Shown: positions 24,698 through 38,011 of the stretch, piece after piece
How positions within the stretch are numbered: position 1 is the first letter of the stretch
Layout: each line of letters begins with the position of its first letter
Origin: Macrostomum lignano
Taxonomy: Eukaryota
Assembly (NCBI GenBank): GCA_002269645.1
Contig: NIVC01000244.1
Span: forward strand, 142,484 to 206,483
Reading direction: 5' to 3'
DNA: 64,000 nucleotides
Translations under genes and position numbers: made by a program
The notes under the pieces: generated by a model
What the model was told of the DNA's origin: nothing
Database searches by the model: none
Seen by the model: the letters and a program-made list of their open reading frames with translations, nothing else

Positions 24698-25060
24698 GAG
24701 CCTCTTCATATCGCCGGTTCCAAACTGGTTCGACGCTCTTCATATTGATGGTTTGAAAAACAGAATCAGTTCTGGAACATGGTTCTGGTTCTAGAATATG
24801 GTTCAAGAAATTTTCTTGAACCGTTGTCATGTTTACACTTTAACAGTAAAATATATTTGAAATCATCAATTTTTTTATTATTGTTATAAAATTATTCCTT
24901 TTTTGTCATATCCAAAAGGAAACAAAGTCAAAGAATGACAAAATTAAATTGTAAAGACTGTCAAACATAAAATGGGTTCAAAGCTCCTTATTTCACACTG
25001 GTTCTGGTTCTAGAACTCGAATTTATTCTGGTTCTAGAACCAATTGCCGTGAAGAGGCTC
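24698..25060. mobile_element. Candidate MITE, 11-bp TIR, 3-bp flanking duplication
   Basis: gagcctcttca ... tgaagaggctc flanked by cct on both sides; internal ggttctagaac motifs; similar termini (aggcttttca / tgaaaagcct) at ~24443, ~26602 and ~26952. Confidence 0.5.
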
Positions 25061-25621
25061 CCTATTGGAATATAATCACCAAAACCCATAGACACCATGC
25101 AGGGGTACTTCAAAGGGCTGCACCTGCACAGCATATCAGAATAAATGGCTTGGACACTTGTGCAAGACTGAAAAGAGTTAAGTTACTTATGTGCATTTGC
25201 AACTAGGTAAATGGCTAGAGTCAACTATAACTGTCTTATTAAGGCTAAATGCCTCATTATCTAATTAGTACTACCTCTATATTATTTTTGGGTAAGCATT
25301 TTTGTGACTTCTTGCTAGTCCAATACAATTTACAGTGGCCAGATTAGCTAGCAGTTTTGCATGTATGATTTCTAAAAAACATGATACAATTTAACAAAAT
25401 TTATTATAAATAATAATTGTACTATATTTACATTTTTAGTATTAGGCCCTCCCTAATAAATTAAGTATTAATAAATTTTTATATCTAAGCATTTATTGTA
25501 TGAGATAAAAAGAATGGCTAAACAATAACCCTATTTGGCTAATAATGTTGAATGTTAGGATTTTTAATTACTTTTTAAGATTTTAACATTTGCCTTTTCA
25601 TTTTGCAAATAGAACATAGGC

Positions 25622-25837
25622 CAGTAGTTTTTCAACTTGTGGGTTATGACCCCCAGTGGGGTTATATAACCATTTTTGAGGTTGCAACACTAAGAAATAA
25701 TAAACATTGTATGAGTATATCATACTTAATGATGCATTATATTGATTATAAAAGGGGTTACAAACATTAAAAAATGATGCAATGCAAGTTGCAAGTGAAT
25801 AAATTAAGGTCACCTGAAAAAAGGTTGAGAACTACTG
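25622..25837. mobile_element. hAT (Charlie-like) MITE
   Basis: TIRs cagtagtttttcaac / ggttgagaactactg; 8-bp TSD acataggc/gcataggc (7/8 match). Confidence 0.75.
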
Positions 25838-27659
25838 GCATAGGCCATGCACTCATGTGCGCATGCCCACATATACATGGGGATACCTATAACTAAGCAC
25901 ACTTACGCATGCACACATCTGCCTATACCTGCACCTACCAAATTTCTTAGGTGCACTGCCATGCCAGATGGTATCCAATTGGAATAATTGGATAAGAATT
26001 GCAATTGGAAGACTTATTTGAAGGTTCCTAGTCATTTTGTTATCTGCCATTTCATCATCTGGGTGTCTGGAATGTTCACCTCAACTTTGGTTACTTCATC
26101 ATCTTAGGCCTAATTAGCATACACTAGGCCTACCTGAAGAGAGTCATTTTTGTCTTCCACCAATAGTTCCAAATTCAAGTGAATTAATGTGGCAATCAAA
26201 CATATTTACTTGGAAATCCTAATGATCCCAGTCATTTTGTCATCTCGATTGATAAAACCTATCAATCGATCAGTTCTGTTTGCTGCAGCTTAATAGTAGT
26301 GTGGTTAATAAAAACAAAAAATGGTTTATACTAACTCGGATCTCACACAGATTAATTGGTTGATGAAGAAGTATCTAGAATAACTAAATATTTGGTCACT
26401 TTGTCAAATTAATTTTTCAAGATACTTTGCTTCTGGTCACTTCGTCATCCAATATGACAAAATGGAATATGACAATCTGACCAGGATTGAGTAAATTTCT
26501 CAAACTGAATTCCAGAATTGGATCACAATTTAGGAACTGATTCTAAAAATGGAATAGACAATATGAAAAGCTTTGAACCATGTCTGTTCTGGAATTGGAA
26601 TATGAAAAGCCTATTAAGTATTAGCCTAATCAATTATAAAATTTATCATAAAACATGTTTGCACTTTGCATGTCTTTTTTTAAACAAGCAATTATCAATT
26701 GATTATTTTTGCAATCACAAAATTAATATGAATCATCAAAACATCACCTAAATATCAAGCAACTAACAAACATGACTAGGCCTATCATCCTCCAATGCCT
26801 TGTTTCAAAGTTACACTTGTAATTTGACTAGGTAGGCCCCTAGGCCTAGCACACACATCCAATGATGTACAACCAAAGTGAAAAAGTCAGACGATGTATT
26901 AATTTGCACGATTCTGGTTCTGGAATCGGTAGGGCCTATTATGACGGTAATATGAAAAGCCTATATGACTATAGTATAGTATGACTATTGCACTATGTGA
27001 CTCTGCTCATTTGCTTTTTGCTTGTTTTGATATTGCTTTGATACACTATACACAGAATGATGTCCTATTACAGATTTATTTTGATTGTTAGGTCAATTTG
27101 AAAAGCAGAAATGCAGACTTAGCTAAATATTAAGAATGCTAACTTTTGTCGTTGGCCTACTTGCTGTCACAATGCTGCACGTGGATTAGGCCTACACTTA
27201 ATGATTGTTTCATAGAAAATGAAACCTCCGTTTGCAAGATTTTAGGAGGCTTCATTTCAAACAAATATTTTGTACATAATTTTTAGCGCTGTAGAGGAGG
27301 GTAAAATAAAATTTGATTGTTTTCTTAGCTTTAGTTTTAAAAAGCTATAAGGTCTAATATTTGTTGCAGAAATTTAGCGCAATAACTAATTAAATTCTTT
27401 GAACTTACTCTCGTGCGCGGCTTGAAAATTGATCGAAAATCAACCACAATCTGCAACACTAAAACAATTTGTTTGAATCGGTGACTTAGCGCGGCATTAT
27501 TCAAGAGTCCCATTTGCCTCTAGTTTTTAACTTTAGGACAAAAATGCAGAAAATATTTACTATATAGCCAGCAAATAAATGCAGGGATGTGTTGATAAGG
27601 AATAAATTAAATATCTTTTTCATGCACAGGTTACTGTGTAAATTGCAATGTCAATTCCA

Positions 27660-28081
27660 ACAAACAACAACAAGTACGCTGTCAGTTCGCAAAAGCAGCG
27701 TCAGATGGCGCGCTTCGAAGCTTGGGCGCGAACAAAGGCCGCACCGCCGGCAGAGTCCGGGGCGCCGGCGTCAGCCAGCAGACAGTCGACGTAGCGCCGA
27801 GTCCTCGCCTGTCCCCGCCGGTAGGGTGCCTGCAACGTAAGTAGCAGCACCTCCTGCACCGGCTCCGGACAGTAGGCCTCGGCGCGGATGACGTGGCCTA
27901 CCAGCTGGAGTCGCCGACGGCGCAGCAGATCGCTAGGACGGGCCAGGCCAGCGCGATGATAGAGCGCCGTGTTGGTGACTCGCTCGTTGCCGATCTTGAA
28001 GGCGCCGCCGCGTCGACTTGAGCCTCGAGCGAGTCTATCAGCGTCCAGGTCTCGGCGTTGTATAAGAGGACGGTCTCGATC
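27660..28081 (-). mobile_element. 5'-truncated, frameshifted non-LTR retrotransposon (RTE-like ORF2 C-terminus) with (TTG)n tail
   Basis: ETVLLYNAETWTL... then AALYHRAGLARPSDLLRRRRLQLVGHVIR...KRAI* (stop 27703-27701), followed by ttgttgttgtttgttg. Confidence 0.8.
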
Positions 28082-28438
28082 ATTCTTGCGACAGTTGCTG
28101 ATTCTTATAGTCCATCAAGTCCTGTAACCAAGGACAAATTCTCACAACTGGAAGTTCAATGGTTCGGTCAGCAGAGGACTTTAAAACTTTAAAAAATGTC
28201 GAATTTTTTATTTCGCTTGCGACACTCGACTTTTTCAGAGCTGTACATTGCGACAGCTGGCATTTTCAATTGCCAGATGTCCAAAGAGTATAATTGAGAA
28301 ACTGGCGCATTTGCGACAGCTTCTTTTGCAAGGATATAAAGTCCTCTGCTGACCGAACCATTGAACTTCCAGTTGTGAGAATTTGTCCTTGGTTACAGGA
28401 CTTGATGGACTATAAGAATCAGCAACTGTCGCAAGAAT
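28082..28438. repeat. Perfect ~102-bp inverted repeat with ~153-bp spacer
   Basis: 28082-28183 is the reverse complement of 28337-28438. Confidence 0.92.
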
Positions 28439-29127
28439 TGCCCAAAGCTTAAAATTCCTAAGCCCCAAAAACAAGCCATCCGCACGCTATCCGCACGTAA
28501 CTAATTTTTAACGCCTCCCCACAGACAAGCCAAGTACATGGAACGCTTTGAACCTTCTGATGCATAAATAAAGTGTCTAAATCTTTGCAAATTACCCAGA
28601 TTTATAGCTGTCGCAAACATTTAAATTTTTTATGAGGATGGATGCGGCTAGATTTACGGGAGTCGTTGGGCCAGTGTAGGGACTCGGCGGTTGAACTACC
28701 AACATATCGTAAGATAAGAAGCTTTCCAGAAAGTTATTTCCATTGGAGAAATCAAAATGCTTGACTCTTTTCAGACTGGCTGGGCAATTTAGAAATCGAC
28801 AAACAATATAATTAAAATACAATTTTTAGTACATGTATAGGAGTACCATTTTCAACTTTATTTTAATCAATCTTCAACTTGAGTGCCAAAAAGTATTTTA
28901 GAATTAGCGCAACAATGATCTGTTTCACTCATTCCTTTTGCAATACGGATGATCAATTAGTAAAATGGGTGGAAAATGGAAATTAAAATCAAGTAGATAG
29001 CTTCTATACTTAACGCATCAAAGTATTGCTGCTTCTTGTCAGTCTCTAGCCTAATGATTTGCTTTACTGCGTTAGAAAACGGTCAAACGTCTACTAGAAG
29101 CAAGATACGCTCGTAGACTCCAATAAG

Positions 29128-31655
29128 TTAAGCCAATGTAGGAAAGGTGGCATCAGTTGTAACGCCGCAATTGTTGTTCTTCGTCGACATCAGAACGTAG
29201 CCGTTGTTGCCCCAGTAGAAGCTCCAGCTGTTCTTCACCAGCCAGTAGGGCTCGCCGTTTAGCACGCCGTATCCAACAGCCAAGACGGAGTGGTCCAAAT
29301 CCGTGCTGCTACAGGCCGGCTCAAAATAGACACCCGAACTGTAGAACACGAAGGACAGGTGCGACGCGTCGATGGAAACGCTAATAGGGCCACTGTGGAA
29401 TAGAGCAGCCTTCATCGCCGTAATATTGTTCGGCGGCACCTGGATGTAGCCAGTCACGTTGACAGACGAGTTCACCTTCTCTGCGTGGCAGTAAGCGTCC
29501 TGCATAAGGTAAGGCCCGTAGTCCTCCTCGAACGCCAGGCCATGCTTCTGCATGTAGGAGTAGGACGGAACGTCTTCACCACCGTTGCAGCCGTTGTTGC
29601 CGAATCCCCAGGAGCAGTCAACCAGCTGCTGCTGAGAGAAGCGGACTCGTTTTCCAGTTTTAACAAAATAGGCGCCCTCCAACACTCCGGCAGCGCCGAA
29701 CGACCAGCACGAGCCGCAGATTCCCTGGTCTTTGACTGGCGACACGCCGCCCAGGATTCGCCAGTCCCAGTTGTCCGGCAGACTGTCTCCAGAGCTGGGC
29801 ACAGTAAACGGATGTCGAGTTGCCCTGCCGGCAGATTCCAATACGCCGCCGCGGCTCTTGCGACAACGCGATCGAGTGCGGAGCTCGTCCCTGGACTGGT
29901 CGGCCAGGTGGTTCACAGCCAGCTTGTAGGGCAGACCGGCCCTGTGAAATGTTGAACAAATGCAACTATGCTAACGTGATGTAACAGTATACGAGAGAAA
30001 TACATGTAGGCGGTTCAACACTACTAAAGGTGGCGGCAACAAAAGAAGGGAAACTACTTTACCACTAAGGTAAATACTTTTCTATTGTTTGTTTCCTAGA
30101 GCTTGAGATTTTTTAAAGCAGTAAAGAATTACTCCGATTATCAAGCTTTCTACTAGCTTAAGATATCAACACCCCTTTGAGCATCGACATCACAGAATAC
30201 CCTATAACTTACCCTTAGATGCTTGGCAAGCTACTATACAAAAATCCAGATAGGTTTACATCGTTTTAGTCTGATTTGGCTCAGGTCCAGCTAAGGGTAA
30301 CCTAAAAGCTAGCCTGAATACCAAACTTTCAAGTTTTTCGTGTGAACCGGATCGAAACCTGGTGATTGTGAATCACACTTTGAGTAAGTATGAATGTGAA
30401 TTCACCTGTTCTTCGAATGGATGTAGCGCAGATTCTGACGAAATGCATGAGTTCGTCTCCTCTCTTCTACCTGGCTGTCGTAGGGCTTGAAGCGGCGATG
30501 AACGGTCTGGAATCGTTGGAAATGAGCGTCGACCGAGCGATGATCGCCGCCGCTAACCAGCTCCGACAGCGGGTTCAAAGCAGCGACGCCGTCACTCGGA
30601 GGCGCCGGATGGCAGGTGTTCGGCGCCTTCACCTCAAAGTCCTTAGCCTGCGGCCGCGTCTTATCGTCATACTCCATGTACTCAACATAATAGCGATCGT
30701 AGTGCGAGCCAAGCAAAGAATCGTAGCCAATCATGTCGTAGCGGTAGGGCCTGTTGTCTTTCTGCCCGACCCACAGAGTGTAAGTGTTCACCTTGTCGGC
30801 GAAGACAGTCTTGTTAACAAAGACGTTGCACATCACACCGCGAACTTCCTCGGCGCGGCTATAGGTGAAGTAGCTGGCGTCTGGCAGTACATTCTGGACA
30901 TTGTACACCCCGGCCAGTTGGTAGCAGTCTCGCTTGTTCTTCTCAGTCTCTGTAGATACCGGATGAAGCAAGTAGCCAGAGTGCGAAGCGTTAGCAAAGT
31001 TGAAGCTCTGCACCATGCCCGAGTAATAGTCGATCCTGGATAGCTGCTTCTCATTGTCAACGTAAGCGGAGAACGGCTCGGAGATTTCGGCGTACGGCAG
31101 CTCGATGGTTCCGCTGACGGTGTAGAACTTCGGCATCGGCGGCGGCGTAGGCGGACCCCGACTCTCGTGACGCAGCACTGCGTCCGCTGAGGCGCATCCA
31201 CTGATCTGGAGCAGGACTAGAATAGGAAAATAAAATGGCGAATGAGTAAAATAACTTAAGCTTCTTATGCCGAAATAACAGAGTGACATCAGAATATCCA
31301 TCGACTGAGCTCCAATATTTATTACTCTATAGGTGACTTATACTTAATTCCCACGGGTAACATGTACATACGAGTATTTTTGAAAACTGAAGTAGGATGC
31401 TGGAGACTGATAACGAATGTATATTAGAGAAATTGGACTTTTCTAGAGCGAATTACTATCTATCGACCGAATTGGTCCATTGAGAAACGCGATGCATTTT
31501 CAGAGCTGTGTTCTCTCTAGAGCATGACTAAATGCACTAGCGATACGACAACTCTGTTTCAGTACAAGCTCAACATTGATTTAACGATTATTATATACAT
31601 TTAGAGACAGTCAAAACTTACCAAAGCTCACTATGACTAAGCCTAGACAACGCAT
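29128..31655 (-). CDS. 26/29-kDa proteinase / counting-factor-associated-protein-D-like cathepsin L family (C1A) cysteine protease, 552 aa
   Basis: Exons 31655-31622, 31216-30406, 29941-29128 (1659 nt). Signal peptide MRCLGLVIVSFVLLQISGC; N-terminal extension YTVSGTIELPYAEISEPF...SRIDYY; I29-type propeptide; catalytic QGICGSCWSF, DHSVLAVGYG, KNSWS. Confidence 0.95.
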
Positions 31656-32329
31656 TTCTTCGAAATATCTATAACTAGTAAGTAGATATCCAGCTTTGCT
31701 GCTAACACCTAAAGCCGAGCCTAGTTAAGTCAAGCCAGCAACAATCTTTGCATAAGCATTTTATAACGCATGACACTATATATACATGTATACCTTACAC
31801 GTAAAGCTGCAGCTGCATATCGCTTCGTTTGATCGCCAAAGGACCAACAAGCTAGTTTATAAGCAAAAGCTTGCGCAAGCGCATTTGCCGGGCAGGCACA
31901 AGCTTCGCGCATGTTACATTATCAGCAAGTCTGTGCGCACTTTGTTGCAGCCTGGAAAGTTTTGATAAAGCAAGAATTCCGGCTTTCACTTGCAACGTTA
32001 AGCTCAATATTGATTATTCTGCTAATTGTTGCTGTTAATGCCTGCAAGACCCTGCTGCTGCTTAAGACCCTGGATGCACACCAGCACACGTCTGATTCAT
32101 CAAGGATGAGCGGAAAATGATACGAGTCTGACTTGATTTATTACCACTTTATATGGCAACATTTGAGTAAAATGTGTTAAGATCTGTAAAAATTACTGAC
32201 GCGTCTTAGCACAATCAGCTGTTAAAGTTTACTCCTTTTCTTGAAGGAAATCAAGGAGGCCATGTCCTCCAATTAGGAGGATAGCTACCGGAAATACAGA
32301 TCTAAGCCCTCCCCTCTAATCCGGCAGGT

Positions 32330-32460
32330 AAAAGACGATTTGATACCGAAGACAGACGGAAGTTCAACCAGGAGACAATTGCTGCTGTTCAGACAGCAGT
32401 GGAGTCGGACCGTCGTGTAACAATTGAGGAAATGGCAAGCGAATTCAGCCTCTGTCGGCC
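32330..32460 (+). mobile_element. Possible mariner transposase HTH remnant
   Basis: ETIAAVQTAVESDRRVTIEEMASEFSL resembles the mariner V..DRRxTxxE+A motif; no catalytic domain or TIRs seen. Confidence 0.4.
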
Positions 32461-33699
32461 CTGTCCACTTGCAGGAATGGTTTTCCATTGGGTTAATGCG
32501 CTTGTCCATTCAGTAGCAAGCGTAAGGAGTTTTCTGGTTGGTGGTAACTCAGTCAGGAACGAGTGGGAACGGGTTGTGAGAGGTCTCCCAGCAGATGCCT
32601 TTGCCCTGGTCTTGGCAGGAGATCTTAGAGCAGTCAGCATGGTCCTGTCAGGGCATGGCTGCTTCTCTCAACACCGCTTCAACACCGTCAGGTACAACAT
32701 TTATCTTTCAAAGCACCTCGGTAAGTCCACGATTTATAGGGGGCCATGAAGCAATGAAAAATCAATACTGTAAGCCATGCTGGATTCATTGAGATCAAAG
32801 GATCAGCTGACCTATTCCCAAAAGAAAAAGACATAAAAACGGTCTTATGACCCATCTGACTATTCCTAGAAAATTCATAGATCCGTTTCTCGTGGTCCCC
32901 ATATCTTGCTACTACCTGATCGTTTGCTAATCTATGCTAAGTTAATCGACAATCAGGTGACTAACACCTGACTTCAAAGTTCTTGCAGTACCGAACAAAG
33001 TTGCTTAGCAGTAAAACCTGTTTAGCCTTTAGCTAGTTCATAAAGAGGACTGGCCGGACACCCAATATCAGTCTGAAACAATAAACAACCCCTGGAAAAA
33101 GTCATGTGATTCAATTCTTATCACTTCAGCCCATCGTTTATCGCAACGAAAAGCTTTCTAACACCAGAACCGGAAAAAACCATCAAGACAAGTTAAGGTA
33201 AAATTCTATCTAAAATAGAAATTGAAAAAAGAAAAAAGATTAACAAAGGACTACAAGAAAATGATATTATTTTCAAATGCTTGCTGTTGACCTTGTTAAT
33301 TTAAAATTGAAAATAATTAATAATGCAAGCAAATTAGTTTTGTTTATTTTAATAAAATATCGGACTTAGTCACGGTAAATTACGGCACCAACAATTATTA
33401 TATAGATACTTTATTGATTGCAGTTATTAACACAGCAAAAAAACTAATCAGGCGACGTTGTTTTCGTTTAAGAATAATAAAACATACGCGTGCAAACCAC
33501 TCTTATTGCTGGGTTTTAAAACTAATAAACTAGACAAATAATGGTTTTAGCAACGGAGAAGACAGTCTAAAATGCAGAAAATAATTTAACCGGTCGGTTG
33601 AATTGGACTTAAAATGACAAGGTTAGGAATTTGAAAGCATGTTTATGTGCAGTTCAGCTGTGCTTTAGGTAACGGTAAAGTTTCCAATACGGAGGAACT

Positions 33700-34672
33700 T
33701 AAACCTGCTGTTAATGGCACTAAACCTGCTGTTAATGGCACTAAACCTGCTGTTAATGGCACTAAACCTGCTGTTAATGACACTAAACCTGCTGTTAATG
33801 ACACTCAAACTGTTGATTGATGGTACTAAACCTGCTGTTAATAATGGTACTAAACCTGCTATTAATGGCACTAAACCTGCTGTTGATGGTACTAAACCTG
33901 CTGTTAATGGCACTAAACCTGCTGTTAATGGCACTAAACCTGCTGTTAATGGCACTAAACCTGCTGTTGATGGTACTAAACCTGCTGTTAATGGCACTAA
34001 ACCTGCTGTTAATGGCACTCAAACTGTTGATTGATGGTACTAAACCTGCTGTTAATAATGGTACTAAACCTGCTATTAATGGCACTAAACCTGCTGTTGA
34101 TGGTACTAAACCTGCTGTTAATGGCACTAAACCTGCTGTTAATGGCACTAAAACTGTTGATTGATGGTACTAAACCTGCTGTTAATGGTACTAAACCTGC
34201 TATTAATAATGGCACTAAACCTGCTGTTGATGGCACTAAACCTGCTGTTAATGGCACTAAACCTGCTGTTAATGGCACTAAAACTGTTGATTGATGGTAC
34301 TAAACCTGCTGTTGATGGTACTAAACCTGCTATTAATAATGGCACTAAACCTGCTGTTGATGGTACTAAACCTGCTGTTGATGGTACTAAACCTGCTGTT
34401 GATGGTACTAAACCTGCTATTAATAATGGCACTAAACCTGCTGTTGATGGTACTAAACCTGCTGTTGATGGTACTAAACCTGCTATTAATAATGGCACTA
34501 AACCTGCTGTTAATGACACTAAACCTGCTGTTAATGGCACTAAACCTGCTGTTAATGGCACTCAAACTGTTGATTGATGGTACTAAACCTGCTGTTAATG
34601 GCACTAAACCTGCTGTTGATGGTACTAAACCTGCTATTAATAATGGTACTAAACCTGCTGTTAATGGTACAA
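33700..34672. repeat. 21-bp minisatellite (aaacctgctgttaatggcact) with higher-order punctuation
   Basis: 21/24-bp units broken periodically by (c/a)aaactgttgatt; begins ~120 bp downstream of the NDC1 stop. Confidence 0.95.
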
Positions 34673-34790
34673 AACTCCGCAATTCAAGCACCGCAGACTG
34701 AACGCACTGACGCGAAAAAAGGGTTAGATTTCCAATTAAAATGCACTTTAATATAAGCACCAGCACCAACTTCAAAGCAACAATGCAGTT

Positions 34791-37444
34791 TCAATCAGCA
34801 CTAACAGACGCATGGCCGTTAGAGGTCCCGCAGTCTTCCAAATGCGGGAACAGCAGCAGCAGGCTCTGTCTGGCGTCCGCATCCAAATTGAGTTCGAGCA
34901 GACTTCGGCCGAACCTGGCAACGATAGACTGCAGGCCGTGCTGGCAGGCCTCACGAAGAGCTGCCGGCAGGCGCAGACAGGTGTCATAGGCCTGCGACAG
35001 CGGCAGCTGGTGCTGATAATTAAACTGTTGAAGCTGCTTGTTGGCTTGCTGACTCGCTGGTCGATACCGTCGCTGACTGTCGGAGTCTGACGGCGAGGTG
35101 GCGGCAGCGCGCGCAGCCGGAGCCATCAGCAGCAGCAGCTGGTCAAGTCCGTCGGCTTTAACGGCGGCCTCGAGGGTGCGGCCAAGCCGGAGCAGCAGGC
35201 CCAGCAGTTCGGGTAAGTCGCGTTGGACAACGCCGAACTCGTCCTCAGTGTAGGAGGCTTCGATCAGGGAGCACAGGACTCGCACCATTAGCACGTGCAG
35301 TTGGCAGGGCGCCAGCAATTCCAACAGGTCGCTATGAGGCAGCGGCTCTTTAAGCCAGGCAGCCACACTGGCCAGGGGGTGATACACAAATCCGCCAAGA
35401 GTTGCAGAGCCGGCGCGTCGCTGCTGGCCGTCCAGCGACAAAGCTGAGGCGCCATCACCGACGCCTGGCTGCTGATCGTACTTAGCCGACGAACATGGCG
35501 GAGTCGGAGGCGGCGACAGCGGATCGGTGACGTGCAGCCGGGCGCGCAGGTGCGGCGGTAGCAGGGCCCGCTGCATTGCCACCCGGCCAGGCAGGCGGCC
35601 CTCGCTGCGCAACTGCCGGTGCCGATCGCGAAGTCCGGCCAGCAGGCAGCCGAGCCGCAGCCGGGCCTCGTCGCTGGCCAGCTCCCAGACTCGAGGCCGG
35701 CCGGCTAGCGGGCTGATGGCGAACACCGCCCTGCGGCAGGCCGGCTCGCCCAGCTGCCGGCACAGGGCGGACCAGGCCAGCAGGCGGGTCAGCTCGGGAT
35801 GGCAGCCTTGACCGCCTCCATCGGTCATTGTCGGACAGTTGCCGGACAGCATGGCCGGGCCAGTGACCTCTTCGGGTAGGCCGAACTCAGTCGATGCCTC
35901 CAGCACTAGCGGCGCTTCGGGTCGGCCAAGCCACAGCCTGGCCAGCTCGGCCGCGGCCGAGGCGGACATCAGCAGGTGCAGGCAGAGGAGCATCAGGCGG
36001 ACGGCCAGACGAGGCGACATCGGCACGGCTAATGCGGAGCGGAGAGCCGGCCGGCCAAGGCAGACGGTTAGGCAGGCGTAGATCAGGGCGCTGGCGCAGA
36101 CTAGGCGCAGGGCTAGGCGTTTGTTCCGGCGCCAGGCGTCCCTCAGCTGGGCGGTCATGCAGCGCAAAGCGTGCAGCCTAGGCTGCAGCAGGTGCTGGCT
36201 AGCCGAGGTGGCAGTCAGGGCCGAGGTGACCACCGTGCGACCGTTGGCCAGCAGCAGGCTGGCTAGGCGAGCCGCGCAGGCTAGCTGGCCGGCCAGCATG
36301 GTGACGAGAAAGGCGTCGCTGAATTGCCCGGTGCCGGCGGCAAAGATTTCGCCGCTGCCTGATTAGTGAGGATTAATTGGGGATTATTCGGTTCGCTTAG
36401 CATTTTGGTATGTTTAGTTGTGAGTTAATCCAACAGAACGGCTTTATTGAACTTAGATTGCATAAATAAGTGTAAATACATATTGAGTACATATTGGCTC
36501 ATACAGGTACAATGGAGTGAATATTGGCTCATACAGGTACAATGGAGTGTATATTGGCTCATACAGGTACAATGGAGTGTATATTGGCTCATACAGGTAC
36601 AATGGAGTGTATATTGGCTCATACAGGTACAATGGAGTGTATATTGGCTCATACAGGTACAATGGAGTGTATATTGGCTCATACAGGTACAATGGAGTGT
36701 ATATTGGCTCATACAGGTACAATGGAGTGTATATTGGCTCATACAGGTATAATGGAGTGTATATTGGCTCATACAGGTACAATGGAGTGTATATTGGCTC
36801 ATACAGGTACAATGGAGTGTATATTGGCTCATACAGGTACAATGGAGTTGTATATTGGCTCATACAGGTACAATGGAGTGTATATTGGCTCATACAGGTA
36901 CAATGGAGTGTATATTGGCTCATACAGGTACAATGGAGTGTATATTGGCTCATACAGGTACAATGGAGTGTACATTGGCTCATACAGGTACAATTGAGTT
37001 ACATTGACTCCTACAAGACATAAGATGTAGTTGACAGGTTACTTAGACCACCTGACTATGTTACTATCACTAGACAGATGTACTGTACACAGCCCTAAGT
37101 AAACAAGAACCCAACCAACCTGTCAGACGATAGCAAGCAAGGCAAAACAGAAATGTTGGCACAGCCTGCGAGGCCCACAGGCCCATATTGCGCCAGCGCA
37201 CGTGTTTAGTAACCAGGCTGTGCCTCTCCCTATAAATAGTGTCAGCCAGGGCCGGCCTGCGCCACATATCTGCCACTAGAAGCAACTGGCCAAGCCAGGT
37301 GGCACCTAGGGCGGAAACAAATGGCAGCGATAGTAGCAGACTGACTGGCCTACGCCAAGACAATAGACATTCAGCCAGTGATAGGCCAATCAGAGACAGA
37401 GCCCCAATTGCACATGTCCACAGACAGCAGGCTTGAAGGCGCAT
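34791..37444 (-). CDS. NDC1: Nucleoporin NDC1 (TMEM48) homolog, ~630 aa
   Basis: Exons 37444-37120 and 36358-34791 (1893 nt, phase 1). Multi-TM N-terminal half; RRAVFAISPLAGRPRVW, LCSLIEASYTEDEFGVVQRDLPELLGLLL and ACQHGLQSIVARFGRSL match recalled NDC1 C-terminal motifs. Confidence 0.88.
36490..36995. repeat. 30-bp intronic minisatellite (tatattggctcatacaggtacaatggagtg) x~17
   Basis: Near-perfect units filling the NDC1 intron. Confidence 0.96.
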
Positions 37445-37724
37445 TTTTTATTCAATTTAGATTTCAATAGGCATAAGTTTTTAGTGTTCTTCGCTGAAAC
37501 AATTTAAATGATTTTCAGACATTCTTAAATTATTGTGCTTAAAAGTGAACAAAATTATTTTCAGAAGCAAGGCAATAAATATTGCAAAGTATTATTTTCT
37601 CTAAAAACTGCTTACAAAATAATTTTAATGGAGAAAAAAACTATGTACAAGCATTAATAAGATAGGAGATAGTATGATTAAAGACCACTTGTACACTTCT
37701 TTATCATATTTCTGAAGACCAAAG

Positions 37725-37900
37725 GGGTTGGGGTTGTAGCCATGGAATCATGACTTGAAGGTCAGGGGTTCGATTTCCAATCCCACTGGAACAATGTGTC
37801 CTCGAGCAAGACACTTAACTCTGCACTGCTTCAGTACACCCAGCTGTAAAATGGGTACCGGCATTAGCTGGGGTAATTGAGGGTGTGGCGACCCCCTAGT
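37725..37900 (+). mobile_element. tRNA-derived SINE with CORE/Meta-like central domain
   Basis: B box ggttcgattt at ~37767, followed by tgtgtcctcgagcaagacacttaac...cagctgtaaaatgggtacc, resembling the MIR/CORE consensus. Confidence 0.7.
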
Positions 37901-38011
37901 CCTTGTACTGAACAGCCATATGCAGCCTTCAGATGCATTACACAATAGCTGCAGCTGAGCTGTCAGTTGCACATCTGGCCCAATTGGCAATTGAGGCAGC
38001 CCACTGAAAAA

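Noticed and set aside
30390-31043. 217-aa + strand ORF, and other antisense ORFs over GC-rich exons
   Set aside because: Shadow of the cathepsin exon (and of the NDC1, gene A and gene C exons); no independent features.
33665-37023. Repeat ORFs (NGTKPAV, INSRFSA, YLYEPIYTPL)
   Set aside because: Minisatellite artefacts downstream of, and inside the intron of, NDC1.
14299-37444. Operon of three co-oriented minus-strand genes (NDC1, protease, gene C)
   Set aside because: Intergenic gaps of ~3-6 kb filled with repeats and transposon debris; no direct evidence of polycistronic transcription.
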